A DNA stretch of 63,619 nucleotides, the filler included, from Candidatus Nanoarchaeia archaeon (GTDB taxonomy: Archaea; Nanobdellota; Nanobdellia; Woesearchaeales; DATDTY01), in the NCBI GenBank assembly GCA_035290625.1. It is 6 parts of 6 records of this genome, joined end to end, with 100 filler letters (N's around TTAATTAATTAA, not from the genome) between each part and the next. Parts side by side here need not be neighbours in the genome. Positions count along the whole stretch, not along the records: positions 1 to 30,576 come from DATDTY010000014.1; 5 more parts are not named here. One strand, given 5' to 3'. Below, piece after piece: positions 1 to 9,734 of the stretch (position 1 is the first letter of the stretch; each line of letters begins with the position of its first letter). The notes under the pieces were generated by a model. It was not told where the DNA came from and did not search any database. It saw nothing but the letters and a program-made list of their open reading frames with translations. A program made the position numbers and the translations under genes.

Positions 1-138
1 ACCTGTTGGAAAGTCACGAAAAACAACGTCACAAAATCACAATACTTTCCAACCATTGATGATCTGCAAGAATCCCTTGAGAACTTTTGGAAAAAACATA
101 TTTTTATGCAGAACTTCATGCGTTACTTATGTCGTTAA
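1..138 (+). mobile_element. IS630-like transposase, C-terminal fragment and right end
   Basis: Frame 1 reads TCWKVTKNNVTKSQYFPTIDDLQESLENFW...YLCR*, resembling the IS630 DDE C-terminus (W-x3-K...F-x-T-x2-DL). It is followed by CGTTAACTA, ending in TA. Confidence 0.6.
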
Positions 139-158
139 CTAGATAGGCGGGAAGAAAA

Positions 159-491
159 CTATGTAGTGAATAGATCCACTATCCCCTTTTCCACTTCTTT
201 TATTTTTGATTCCTTAAGGGAACCAATCTTGTATAGAATGATTGATTTATCGGCAGTAAATAGCTTATTTGGCCTTATCATGCTTGTTAAATTTAAGCTG
301 CCTTTTTTGAAATCGCTGCTTATCAGAGTGATAGAATAACTGTCAACCCTTGATTCGCTTGTTATTTGGCAGAGAACTATGTCGTCTCCTTCCAAGATAG
401 CTGCTACCAAAGCAGGCCTCTTTTTTGACTTGCTTAAATCTGAAAAAGGAAAAGGCAAAACTATTACCTCCCCTTTCACAAATTCTTCCAT
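159..491 (-). CDS. PemK/MazF family toxin
   Basis: GEVIVLPFPFSD...KKRPALV...LCQITS motif, typical of MazF; overlaps the upstream antitoxin. Confidence 0.9.
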   Translation of the reverse strand: MEEFVKGEVIVLPFPFSDLSKSKKRPALVAAILEGDDIVLCQITSESRVDSYSITLISSDFKKGSLNLTSMIRPNKLFTADKSIILYKIGSLKESKIKEVEKGIVDLFTT

Positions 492-724
492 GCTTCTTCG
501 TCCTCTCTGCTATTCCAATCTTTAGCTAAGGATTTTTCACTAGCAATTGCAGTTGCCATTTTTTCGCTTACTTGCCCCAATGGCCTTAATTCTACACGGT
601 CTTTAAAGGTTAGAATGGCTATCTTGGACCCTGTTTTGAATCCTTCAATCTTCCGTATCTCTTTTGGGATAGCTATCTGCCCCTTTTCAGTTATTTTAGC
701 TGTTTTAATTTCAAGTAATGGCAT
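476..724 (-). CDS. AbrB/MazE family antitoxin
   Basis: AKITEKGQIAIPKEIR AbrB motif. Start placed at ATG 724. Confidence 0.85.
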   Translation of the reverse strand: MPLLEIKTAKITEKGQIAIPKEIRKIEGFKTGSKIAILTFKDRVELRPLGQVSEKMATAIASEKSLAKDWNSREDEEAWKNL

Positions 725-829
725 TTTTATCACCTTCTTATTTGTAAGATAAGTAAGGATATCTATATAAACTTTTTGGTTTTCTTCCCCCCATAAACAT
801 AAGTCTTTCCTCCGCTTCAAATAAAGACG

Positions 830-891
830 ACCGCGCTAATCTCCCACCTAAAGCTTGGGGGTTTCCACCCGGCAAATTTTCAATAAAAAGG
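830..891 (+). repeat. Dispersed palindromic repeat, IS200/IS605-end-like, copy 1
   Basis: ACCGCGCTAATCTCCCACCTAAAGCTTGGGGG...AATTTTCAATAAAAAGG matches the reverse complement of 32204-32263. Confidence 0.65.
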
Positions 892-1123
892 GGCACAGCA
901 TGGCACTTCAATTCTTACTATCTGATGAGCATTGCACACAACATACGGAAGATTTTGAAGTTAACAAGAGGGCTTCCGAGTGTTAAAAGAAGGGATTTTA
1001 TTTTTTTCTTCGTTAATTTGGCAATCCGGAAAGTAATTGCGGGACAGCGTCGTTCGTTAAACGCATCATAGGCCCGTCTGCGGCTCTGTTGCCTTTATAA
1101 ACCCTCAGCACTTCCCGGCCTGA

Positions 1124-2209
1124 ATGCCAGAATTCCCAAAGCCATTCTTCAAGGAGCCATCAGCAGCAGAGATCCTTAAAGCAGATTCGATCAGGATAAT
1201 AACAGGACCTTCTCTTGTGCAGAAGATAAAGGACATAGAGAAAGACCAGGCAGGGATTATCCTCTGTGACCTGATTCCCAAACAATTTGACGGAAAAGAT
1301 GAGTTTGACCGGTCCAGGAAATTCATGAAGCACGGCCCTGAACTCAAGATCAGGAGGCTTCACTCGCTTGCGGATGCAGAGAAGGAAGAGCGGCTGCCTG
1401 TGGAGTTAAGGAGGGAAGCCTTCGGCTCACTGGCAAATAGGGCATATCCAGGCTACTCCACCAAGCCTTTTTTGCGGCCAGACAAGCGGACAAGAAGGTT
1501 CTCACTAGGAGAAAATTGCGCAGGCACCCAGCTCTACTGCTATGCAAGCCACTTCAACGAGGAAATAGTGATTAAGCCTTATGACGATGCAAAACGAAGC
1601 GGAAGGGAAGGAGCGAAAATTGCTGCAAAGATCCCTTCGCGCACTCTTGGAAAGGATCCCTATGAGTTTATGGTGTATTCTGTCCCTATTGAAGACGGTC
1701 CGGAAAAACTTGCCCTTGCATGGCATGTGTGGACAACGCATTCCTGCAGGAAAAAGCAGTGGAACATACGGTATAACTTCGAGGACGCAAAAGAAGATTC
1801 TGAGCAGATTTCTCTCTGCTCCCACGAAGTCGCAGCCTATCTGGCGATTATGGAGTACTATAAGGATGAGCAAAGCAATGCTCTGCCTGCTGACATGAAC
1901 CCCTTTGCTGTTCCCTCACAGCAAGATGTTGATTTCTATAAAAAGCTCTGCAACCAGTGCTTGATCATCCGGATGGACCAAAAGGCTGCGAAGGATATCG
2001 AGACTGCCCTTTCGCCTACATTAGAGGGAAGACTCTCAATGCAAAAGGTAGAAAAGCTGTTTGGCAGAAAACCGAGAAAGCTCTATGGTGCGGATACTGA
2101 GATACTCCTCTTTGGCAGCATATACGTAAATAATAAAAGGAAGGCTCGTGGCTTCCCCGATGAAGACCCGTTTGTTCCAAAGATTCCGCTATTGGATTAT
2201 CTATGGTGA
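1124..2209 (+). CDS. Hypothetical protein with a SWIM-like Zn finger
   Basis: 361-aa ORF with a TATA box about 25 bp upstream; H-S-C...C-S-H-E-V-A-A motif. Confidence 0.7.
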   Translation: MPEFPKPFFKEPSAAEILKADSIRIITGPSLVQKIKDIEKDQAGIILCDLIPKQFDGKDEFDRSRKFMKHGPELKIRRLHSLADAEKEERLPVELRREAFGSLANRAYPGYSTKPFLRPDKRTRRFSLGENCAGTQLYCYASHFNEEIVIKPYDDAKRSGREGAKIAAKIPSRTLGKDPYEFMVYSVPIEDGPEKLALAWHVWTTHSCRKKQWNIRYNFEDAKEDSEQISLCSHEVAAYLAIMEYYKDEQSNALPADMNPFAVPSQQDVDFYKKLCNQCLIIRMDQKAAKDIETALSPTLEGRLSMQKVEKLFGRKPRKLYGADTEILLFGSIYVNNKRKARGFPDEDPFVPKIPLLDYLW

Positions 2210-2262
2210 CTACTCCCTCATCCTAACATAAATTTATAAGACATCCGGCCTTACGAGGCATT

Positions 2263-2670
2263 ATGGACGCAGGCCCGACATATCTTATGAACACTCCAAG
2301 GGGGTCGCCCCAGGCTTCTGACGCAGCTCTCATGAATCAGGTCAATACGCTCAACACCAAGCTTCGCGTGCTTGAGGAGCGCTTCAACAACATACGAAAG
2401 AAATCCCAGCTTACCGAGCATAGCATGCTCAACAACCAGAAGAAGAGCGCGACAGAGTTCAAGAGCCTCCATGATGAAGTCAAAGAGCTGAGGCAGCATA
2501 TGCGGGAGATCAATGAGAAGCTGGCAAAGATTATCGATGAGCTCGGCAGGTTTGCAAAAAAAGAGGAGCTGAGGATACTCACCACGTATATCACACTTTG
2601 GGATATGTCGAGGTTTTTAACAAAGAAAGAGGCCCAGGAACTCGTGAGGCCGATGCAAACCTTTAAATAA
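2263..2670 (+). CDS. Coiled-coil hypothetical protein
   Basis: 135-aa heptad-rich ORF; TTTATAA upstream. Confidence 0.75.
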   Translation: MDAGPTYLMNTPRGSPQASDAALMNQVNTLNTKLRVLEERFNNIRKKSQLTEHSMLNNQKKSATEFKSLHDEVKELRQHMREINEKLAKIIDELGRFAKKEELRILTTYITLWDMSRFLTKKEAQELVRPMQTFK

Positions 2671-2691
2671 TTCAGATATCAGGAATGCAGC

Positions 2692-3309
2692 ATGCCGTTG
2701 TTCACCTTCAGGAAAAAAAGTGAAGAGGCAAGCCAGGGCCAGCCAGCGAGGGAAGAGATTCCTCTCCAAAGGATTCAGCAGATGCGCAGCCAGGGCATCG
2801 CGAACGACCAGATCATCAGCCAGCTGCAGTCCGAGGGGTATTCTTCAGCCCAGATATTTGATGGGCTTAATCAGGCAGATATGACGCAGGCTCCGGGCCC
2901 GATTATGGCCCCCTCCGAACCAGGCCCAATGGTTGCTGAAATGGAGGGCCCGTCCGATGAAGGCATGGACAAGGAGCGCGTTGAGGAGATGGTTGAGGCC
3001 ATTATCGATGAGCGATGGGAAGAGCTCATGAAAAATATCAACAAGATTGTCGAGTGGAAGGGAAAAACCGAAAGCAGGATGACCGTCATTGAGGAGCAGG
3101 TGAAGAGCATCAAGGAAGATTTTTACAAGCTCCAGGCCGCGCTTGTTGGGAAGATAGGGGAATATGACCAGAACATCCTCAATGTGGGGATGGAAATCAA
3201 GGCGATGGAGAAGGTCTTTCAGAAAGTCCTTCCCCAATTTACAGAAAATGTGAGCGAGCTTTCTCGGATTACCCAGGGCATCAAGAAGCCAAAGAATGCT
3301 CCAGGATAA
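2692..3309 (+). CDS. Hypothetical protein with a C-terminal coiled coil
   Basis: 205-aa ORF co-oriented with the previous gene. Confidence 0.75.
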   Translation: MPLFTFRKKSEEASQGQPAREEIPLQRIQQMRSQGIANDQIISQLQSEGYSSAQIFDGLNQADMTQAPGPIMAPSEPGPMVAEMEGPSDEGMDKERVEEMVEAIIDERWEELMKNINKIVEWKGKTESRMTVIEEQVKSIKEDFYKLQAALVGKIGEYDQNILNVGMEIKAMEKVFQKVLPQFTENVSELSRITQGIKKPKNAPG

Positions 3310-3425
3310 TGCTGCGAAGGGCATTCTTGCAGCCATCAATTTTTTTCTGGAAGTTTTTTAAGTAAAGTGCTGATCGCCAGAATAGCAAAGGACGAGTATA
3401 AAGAAGGTTACACATGCTACAACTT

Positions 3426-4016
3426 CTAATGATGCATGCCCGATCCATCCTCAGGTTCATGATGGGAGTCTGCAGTTAACCGATTCACGGCCGCAAGAGC
3501 AATCAGAAAGATAGCAATGAGTCCAAGCACCTTGGGATGGAACAGGATAGCCCAGAATGCTGAAGAGCCGGTCTCATCAACCCCACCAGTCGAAGTTCCT
3601 GTTATATTCACCTTTGTTGGAGCCCCTTCCTTGAAAGTAATCGATGAAAGCGAGCCTAAGGCAATCACTATAGACATCCCTATAATCCACCACCCGATGG
3701 TTACGGCATAAGGCCCATTAAAGACATCATGAACATCCTCATTTGAGGCTCCCAGGGTCTTAAACCCAACCATTGCAAAGAGGATGAACAGGAACAGCAG
3801 CACAAACCAGGGAGTCATAAGGTTGACCACTTCCCGCAGCGTTGGAGACAGGAGCACGAAAAATGCAAGGATAAGGGCCAGAATCACCTGAAGTCCCTTA
3901 TTATCTCCAAAAAGCTTTGTATAGGAGAACGCTCCGTAAAAGAAGACGAGCACTAAAAGAAAAGGAAAGATGATACCGAAACTGCTGATAAGTCCGGTAT
4001 CGAGTGGCGTCGCCAT
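3426..4016 (-). CDS. Multi-pass membrane protein (paralog 3 of 3)
   Basis: IFPFLLVLVFFYG motif; 4-5 hydrophobic segments. Confidence 0.8.
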   Translation of the reverse strand: MATPLDTGLISSFGIIFPFLLVLVFFYGAFSYTKLFGDNKGLQVILALILAFFVLLSPTLREVVNLMTPWFVLLFLFILFAMVGFKTLGASNEDVHDVFNGPYAVTIGWWIIGMSIVIALGSLSSITFKEGAPTKVNITGTSTGGVDETGSSAFWAILFHPKVLGLIAIFLIALAAVNRLTADSHHEPEDGSGMHH

Positions 4017-4022
4017 TGCCAG

Positions 4023-4610
4023 CTAATGGTGCCTCTTGAAAAAGTCAGTAAGATCGTTGAGGAAGCCGCTCACTCCCTTCCTCGTCTTGTTTTCTTCTCC
4101 CGTGATGAAGGCGATGATCAGGGCAAACACAATGAGGATGATGATGATTGCAGTAGCCTCAGCCCCGAAGAAGTTTGTGAACCAGTTCCATCCCTGCCAC
4201 CAATCAGCAGCAGCTCCGAAGATCCAGATCACAGCAATGATAGCAAGGACAACAATCGAGCCTCCAAAATAATTCGTCCAGCCTGCCTGCGCCCCAAAGA
4301 TTCCAATAAGCAGCAGGAACATGACCACGACCACCACCAGAACTGAGACTGTTGGCAGGAATTGGTTCACGATATTAACAAGATCAGCATTCGGCGGATA
4401 CGTATTCGTCACATGCGGGATGACGAACAGCAGGCCGATGACAAGGCTAATGACGAGATGTATGTTCTTCTTGTCATGCCCAAAGATCTCAATCTTCTGC
4501 AGCAATGCATAAAGGATTGCAAAGACCAGGATGAAGGGCAGGAGCACATCAGTAAAGCCCCATGTCTCCAGCATCCGTACAAAATTATCCAAAAAATATG
4601 CCTGTGCCAT
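4023..4610 (-). CDS. Multi-pass membrane protein (paralog 2 of 3)
   Basis: LLPFILVFAILYALLQK motif. Confidence 0.8.
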   Translation of the reverse strand: MAQAYFLDNFVRMLETWGFTDVLLPFILVFAILYALLQKIEIFGHDKKNIHLVISLVIGLLFVIPHVTNTYPPNADLVNIVNQFLPTVSVLVVVVVMFLLLIGIFGAQAGWTNYFGGSIVVLAIIAVIWIFGAAADWWQGWNWFTNFFGAEATAIIIILIVFALIIAFITGEENKTRKGVSGFLNDLTDFFKRHH

Positions 4611-4621
4611 GTTTATACCTC

Positions 4622-5206
4622 CTACGACTCGTGTTTATGAGAGTCATTCGTTTTTCTTTGCGGCTCACGTACAGTAAAGTACAGCAGCACGATGAGCACA
4701 ATAACCATGATAATCGAGCCAACAACCGCTGCGTTGTTGCCTGAAAATATATACTCCCAGCCAGCCTCCAGCCACGAATCACCATTGTCTGTCTTGATGG
4801 CCTGGAGGAAGATCAGGACAATCCCGATGAACATGATCCACATGAAGAGCTGTTTCCATCCCGCCTTCAGGAAGACTCCCTCCTCCTCTTTCCAAAAGGA
4901 GCCAACCAGCAGCAGGAAGAAGACCGACAGGATGAGCAGGATAACCATCTGGCCTGACACATCCGCGATGATCTCCACCAGCCGCGATGATGCAATGGTG
5001 ATGAATGCTATGGTGAATGCCACAATGGCATTCAGGTTCTTCTTTGAGTACTTTGCCCCTTCGATTTCCTCAGTGCCCAAGACCTTTGTTTTCTCCAAAA
5101 TCGCGAAAACAATGGTGAACACGAGCAAAAAAGGAAGGACAACGTCATAGATGCCGAGTTCGTCAAAAAAAACAATAGCGTCTCTAAATAGACTGGACTC
5201 TGGCAT
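4622..5206 (-). CDS. Multi-pass membrane protein (paralog 1 of 3)
   Basis: VLPFLLVFTIVFAILEK motif. Confidence 0.8.
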   Translation of the reverse strand: MPESSLFRDAIVFFDELGIYDVVLPFLLVFTIVFAILEKTKVLGTEEIEGAKYSKKNLNAIVAFTIAFITIASSRLVEIIADVSGQMVILLILSVFFLLLVGSFWKEEEGVFLKAGWKQLFMWIMFIGIVLIFLQAIKTDNGDSWLEAGWEYIFSGNNAAVVGSIIMVIVLIVLLYFTVREPQRKTNDSHKHES

Positions 5207-5252
5207 GGAGCGATTCTGGAATACAAGGTATATAAAGCTTTCGCTTCTCGCT

Positions 5253-5495
5253 GGCTCCGGCGAAAATCAGTGCTGCCGCCTCTCTGCGAGGCTCTTAAGG
5301 ATTAGCATGAGCTGAGTTGAGGGGGTTGTCCCTTACGGGCGAGGTGCCGCTCTTCGCTGAAAACCGCCAGAGCCGAGCTGCTCCGAAGGAGCGACCAAAA
5401 ATGCGAAACATTTTTGTGAACGGCGGCAGCCGGTGGCTTGTGAGCGAGTGAGAACGAGCTCACTCGCAAGCAACTGCGAGATTTTCGCCGGAGCC
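5253..5495. mobile_element. MITE-like hairpin element, copy 1
   Basis: Perfect 16-bp terminal inverted repeat GGCTCCGGCGAAAATC/GATTTTCGCCGGAGCC; imperfect flanking duplication GCTTCTCGCT/GCTTCTCCT. Confidence 0.85.
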
Positions 5496-5558
5496 GCTTC
5501 TCCTTAAGATTTGCTTCTCCCCAAAAATTTATATAGGCAAAAAAGCCATGAAGTGACC

Positions 5559-5987
5559 ATGAAGTACTATATCGGATCAGATCATGCAGGCTACAAAGTA
5601 AAAGAGCTGCTCAAAGCGGTGCTCAGGAAAAAAAGGATTCCATTTGAGGATCTTGGCACTCAGAGCGAAGAGCCAGTGGATTACCCAGATATTGCCATGC
5701 AGGTGGCACACAGGGTCAAAAAAGCACAAGGCAAAGGCATCCTCATCTGCGGGACAGGGACAGGAATGGCAATTGCAGCCAATAGGATGAAAGGCATCCG
5801 GGCAGTTGCCGCATCAGACATCTACACTGCAGCCATTGGAAAGAGGGACAATGATGCCAATGTCCTTTGCCTCAGGGCAAGGCAGTTTCCATTTCACAAG
5901 ACCAAGGCTATCGTTGAAGCCTTCCACTCCGCAAAATTTTCCGGATTCAAACGTCATAAGAGAAGAATCAGAAAGCTTGACCAATGA
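5559..5987 (+). CDS. rpiB: Ribose-5-phosphate isomerase B
   Basis: GSDHAG, DYPD, CGTGTGM and NDANVL motifs. Confidence 0.95.
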   Translation: MKYYIGSDHAGYKVKELLKAVLRKKRIPFEDLGTQSEEPVDYPDIAMQVAHRVKKAQGKGILICGTGTGMAIAANRMKGIRAVAASDIYTAAIGKRDNDANVLCLRARQFPFHKTKAIVEAFHSAKFSGFKRHKRRIRKLDQ

Positions 5988-6631
5988 AAAATATCATCGT
6001 TCCCGCGCTTCTTGAGAAACATGAAGCTGGCCTTATCGCAAAGCTCCAAAAGCTGAAACTCGTTGCAAAGCGTATCCAGATAGACATAGCAGACCATACG
6101 TTCGTCAGAAACAGTACCCTTGACCTTAAGAGGATACGAAGCCTGCCAAGGGGGATAAAGCCGGAAATCCATCTGATGGTAAAGCATCCTGGAGAGCACC
6201 TTGGACAGTGCCACAGGTTAAAGGCAGCTCTGGTGATTGCCCACATTGAAGCCTTTCCTGGCATGGAGGGATTGCATGAGTTCATTGCCAAAGCCAAGAG
6301 GCTGAAGCTGAAGATTGGACTTGCGCTTAATCCCGAGACTCCGAGCCGCTTTGTGGAGCCATATCTTCCGTTCCTGGATTCGGTGATGTTTATGGGCGTG
6401 CACCCGGGATTTCAGAACCAGCAGTTCATCTTCTCAACAATCAAGAGGATCCGGAAATTCAGGAAGAGCCATCCCAAAGTGTTCATTGAAGTTGATGGCG
6501 GCATAAAGAAAGGCATCGCAAAGAAAGCTGTCAAGGCCGGAGCCAATGGAATCGTCATCGGATCAGCAATAGTCAGCCAAAAGGATATCAAGGCAGCCAT
6601 CCAGGAATTCAAGAAAGAGATCTCGCATTAA
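5984..6631 (+). CDS. rpe: Ribulose-phosphate 3-epimerase
   Basis: IDIAD, HLMV, MGVHPGFQNQ and EVDGG motifs. Confidence 0.93.
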   Translation: MKNIIVPALLEKHEAGLIAKLQKLKLVAKRIQIDIADHTFVRNSTLDLKRIRSLPRGIKPEIHLMVKHPGEHLGQCHRLKAALVIAHIEAFPGMEGLHEFIAKAKRLKLKIGLALNPETPSRFVEPYLPFLDSVMFMGVHPGFQNQQFIFSTIKRIRKFRKSHPKVFIEVDGGIKKGIAKKAVKAGANGIVIGSAIVSQKDIKAAIQEFKKEISH

Positions 6632-6633
6632 AG

Positions 6634-6795
6634 GGCTCCGGCGAAAATCAGTGCTGCCGCCTCTTTGCGAGGCTCTTAAGGATTAGAATGAGCTGAGTTG
6701 AGGGGGTTGTCCCATACGGGGCTTCAACGATGCATACAGAAGTGCGGCGCAAGCCGAGCCGGCGGCAGCTGCGGAGCAAGATTTTCACCGGAGCC
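6634..6795. mobile_element. MITE-like hairpin element, copy 2
   Basis: Same terminal repeat as copy 1 (one mismatch). Perfect 9-bp target duplication GCATTAAAG at 6625-6633 and 6796-6804, which contains the rpe stop codon. Confidence 0.9.
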
Positions 6796-6840
6796 GCATT
6801 AAAGATTAAATATTTAAACCTCAACAGACGCGCTCCACCA

Positions 6841-7689
6841 GTGGCAAGAATTTCTGGCATCAAGGAATTGTATCTCAAGTCCAATGAGCTCCGCCAGGAT
6901 GTCATTCGGATGCTTGACAGCGCCAAGTCAGGCCACACTGCAGGCCCCCTTGGCATGGCTGATATTTTCGCAGCGCTCTACTTCAATATCCTGAACCATG
7001 ATCCCAAGCAGCCAAACTGGGGCAAGAGGGACCTCTTCTACCTTTCAAACGGCCATATCTGCCCAATCTGGTATGCAGCATTGGCACATGCAGGGTATTT
7101 TCCACGTTCAGAGCTTCTGACCTTCAGAAAGATCAACTCGAGGCTCCAAGGCCACCCGCATCGGGGAGAACTCCCGGGAGTTGAGAACAGCGGAGGGCCT
7201 CTAAGCCAGGGCATCTCTATCGCAGTCGGAGCAGCAATCGCAGCAAAGATGGACAAGCTCAGCCGCACAATCTATGTTGGCATGAGCGACGGAGAATGCG
7301 AGGAGGGCCAGACATGGGAGGCCTTTATGATGGCAGGAAACCGGAAGCTCGACAACCTTATCGCAGTCCAGGACAGGAACAATATCCAGATTGATGGGTT
7401 TACTTCAGATATCATGAGTATTGAGCCGTTTGAGCAGAAAATGCAGTCGTTCAACTGGAATACCATTGTTATCGACGGAAATAATATGGCAGAAGTCCTC
7501 AAGGCATTTGGAGAGGCAAAACGAACAAAAGGGAGGCCCACCATGATCATTGCAAAGACCATCCCTGGAAAAGGAGTCTCGTTTATGGAGAATGATTACA
7601 AATGGCATGGCAAGCCGCCAAAGCACGAGGAGGCTGAGAAAGCGCTCAAAGAATTAGAAGCTGAGAAAGAGAGAATAAGAACCTCATAA
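6841..7689 (+). CDS. Transketolase, N-terminal (TPP-binding) subunit
   Basis: SGH, LSNGH, LQGHP and SDGECEEG motifs. GTG start downstream of a TATA box; the ORF-track extension runs into the MITE. Confidence 0.93.
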   Translation: MARISGIKELYLKSNELRQDVIRMLDSAKSGHTAGPLGMADIFAALYFNILNHDPKQPNWGKRDLFYLSNGHICPIWYAALAHAGYFPRSELLTFRKINSRLQGHPHRGELPGVENSGGPLSQGISIAVGAAIAAKMDKLSRTIYVGMSDGECEEGQTWEAFMMAGNRKLDNLIAVQDRNNIQIDGFTSDIMSIEPFEQKMQSFNWNTIVIDGNNMAEVLKAFGEAKRTKGRPTMIIAKTIPGKGVSFMENDYKWHGKPPKHEEAEKALKELEAEKERIRTS

Positions 7690-7892
7690 AACCTCATTAA
7701 GAGAAAATGCTTTTGATAGTTTGGAAATAGGAAAAAACCAATTGTAAAGAAGGATTCAATGAATAAATAATCGAGTTAACCCTTAAAATGATAATAAAAG
7801 ATATGATTAAATTAAAAATGGAAATACCGATCATAATGATTAAAAACAATTTAAATTAAAACCATTGAAAGCCTAAATAACCCCAACCAACG

Positions 7893-8873
7893 ATGAAAAC
7901 CAATCCAGCAATGCACCTTCAGGATATTGAAAAGGCTGAGAAGGGAGCAACCCGGGACGGCTATGGAAAAGGCATGCTTGAATTAGGAAAAGCCAATAAG
8001 GACGTTGTAGTGTTGAGCGCAGACCTGACAGAGTCAACACGGGCAAACTGGTTCAAAGAGGCATTTCCTGATCGTTTCATCGAGTGCGGGGTTGCAGAGC
8101 AGAATATGATGGGAGTTGCAGCAGGGCTTGCCTACAACGGAAAGATTCCTTTCGCCTGCTCATTTTCGGTCTTCTCCCCGGGAAGGAACTGGGACCAGTT
8201 GAGGGTCAGCGTCTGCTACTCAAATGCGAATGTGAAAGTTGGCTCAACACATGCAGGCCTGACTGTGGGAGAGGATGGGGCAACGCATCAGGCTTTGGAA
8301 GACATCGCAATGACTCGCTGCCTCCCCAATCTCTCAGTGATTGTGCCTTGCGATGCAGAAGAGGCGAGAAAAGCGACAATTGCAGCAGGCAAGGCCCAAG
8401 GACCATTCTACCTCCGGTTCGGAAGGGAACCCCTGCCAACAATGACGACACCAAGAACGCCTTTCACGATTGGGAAAGCTTTAACATTCAGGCAAGGAAA
8501 AGACGTCGCAATTATTGCATGCGGCATTATGGTTGCAGAGGCTCTCAAGGCTGCAGGGATGCTCGAAAAAGAGAAGATTGACGCGATGATCATCAATTGC
8601 CACACCATCAAGCCAATAGACACAAATACAATTGTTGCTGCTGCCAAAAAGACAGGCGCGGTGGTAACAGCAGAAGAGCATCAGGTTTCAGGAGGGTTGG
8701 GAGGGGCAGTTGCAGAAGTGCTTGCAGAGCGCTGCCCAGTCCCGCTCGAAAGGGTTGGCGTAAAAGACACCTTCGGAGAATCAGGCAAAGCCCTGGAGCT
8801 TCTTGAGAAGTATGGCTGCACTGCAAAAGAGATTGTTGCTGCGGTGAAGAAGGTTATGAAGAGAAAGGAGTAA
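7893..8873 (+). CDS. Transketolase, C-terminal subunit
   Basis: GVAEQNM, GEDGATHQ and EEH motifs. Confidence 0.93.
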   Translation: MKTNPAMHLQDIEKAEKGATRDGYGKGMLELGKANKDVVVLSADLTESTRANWFKEAFPDRFIECGVAEQNMMGVAAGLAYNGKIPFACSFSVFSPGRNWDQLRVSVCYSNANVKVGSTHAGLTVGEDGATHQALEDIAMTRCLPNLSVIVPCDAEEARKATIAAGKAQGPFYLRFGREPLPTMTTPRTPFTIGKALTFRQGKDVAIIACGIMVAEALKAAGMLEKEKIDAMIINCHTIKPIDTNTIVAAAKKTGAVVTAEEHQVSGGLGGAVAEVLAERCPVPLERVGVKDTFGESGKALELLEKYGCTAKEIVAAVKKVMKRKE

Positions 8874-8912
8874 TCCGTGAGAAAGGGACAGTTGCATGTA
8901 CGTTGTTCGTTC

Positions 8913-9302
8913 TTATGGTTCGTGTGCTTCTTGAAGCAATGCCTGATACGTTTCATCGGCCCGCTTCTTGCGAGCAGCCCTTCTTATAAAGTCATCAGGC
9001 CTTGTTAAAGCCAGTTCCTCATAATCAGAGCCTCGTAAATAGTTGGCAGCCTGCTGCAAAAGCTGGTAGGTTTCATCCACCCTTTCCGGCGTGAAGAAAG
9101 AGATGGGTTCTTTGGCTGGATAAACTATCAAATCCGAAAGGTCTCGTTGAAGATAATTGATTCTTCTTAAATGTTCTGGAGACTTAGGAAATGCTCCTGC
9201 ATCCAAGATTGCCGTAATCTGCTGTGAAATATTTTGATATCGTTCAGCTAAGGGGGGATCCCGGCTTCTCCCAAACAATGCAGCGACAATTGAACCGATC
9301 AT
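8913..9302 (-). CDS. Hypothetical protein
   Basis: 129-aa ORF with no recognised motif. Confidence 0.6.
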   Translation of the reverse strand: MIGSIVAALFGRSRDPPLAERYQNISQQITAILDAGAFPKSPEHLRRINYLQRDLSDLIVYPAKEPISFFTPERVDETYQLLQQAANYLRGSDYEELALTRPDDFIRRAARKKRADETYQALLQEAHEP

Positions 9303-9384
9303 AAAGAGGAAAAGAGGATCATAAGTTAATAAAGGTTTCCAAAACCAAAACCAATATAAACCCGATTTTAATCTTTTAACATAC

Positions 9385-9496
9385 GGGCCCGTAGCTTAGC
9401 CTGGAAATCCACTCCCTCTCATCTGAGAGGATAATTGGGCAATGGAGTGCTCGACTGATAATCGAGTGGTCCCGTGTTCAAATCACGGCGGGCCCA
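9385..9496 (+). tRNA. tRNA-Ile(GAU) with a ~37-nt intron in the D-arm
   Basis: Acceptor stem GGGCCCG/CGGGCCC; anticodon arm CTCGA-CTGATAA-TCGAG; T-loop GTTCAAATC; extra hairpin CCTCTC/GAGAGG within the D-loop. Confidence 0.9.
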
Positions 9497-9617
9497 TTTT
9501 GATTCATCAAGTTCTCTTTAGTCTCTTTAGATAATCTTTTTATAATACCGCTAAATCAAAAAATGAACAAAATGGATAAACAGGAGATAAGAAAATAAAT
9601 ACGAATTCTGGTGGGTT

Positions 9618-9719
9618 ATGCAATCAATTGTACTATTCAAATATCTCTGCCTCATGGCAATAGGATTTATTCTCGGAAGGCTCACAATGGCAATTCAGAT
9701 AGAGATAATGCGCAGATAG
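9618..9719 (+). CDS. Putative small membrane protein (33 aa)
   Basis: MQSIVLFKYLCLMAIGFILGRLTMAIQIEIMRR with GGTGG upstream; one hydrophobic helix. Confidence 0.4.
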   Translation: MQSIVLFKYLCLMAIGFILGRLTMAIQIEIMRR

Positions 9720-9734
9720 ATGCAGGATAAGAAG

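Noticed and set aside
7690..7892. AT-rich spacer between the transketolase halves as a replication origin
   Set aside because: No ORB-like repeats and no adjacent cdc6/orc1 gene; unsupported.
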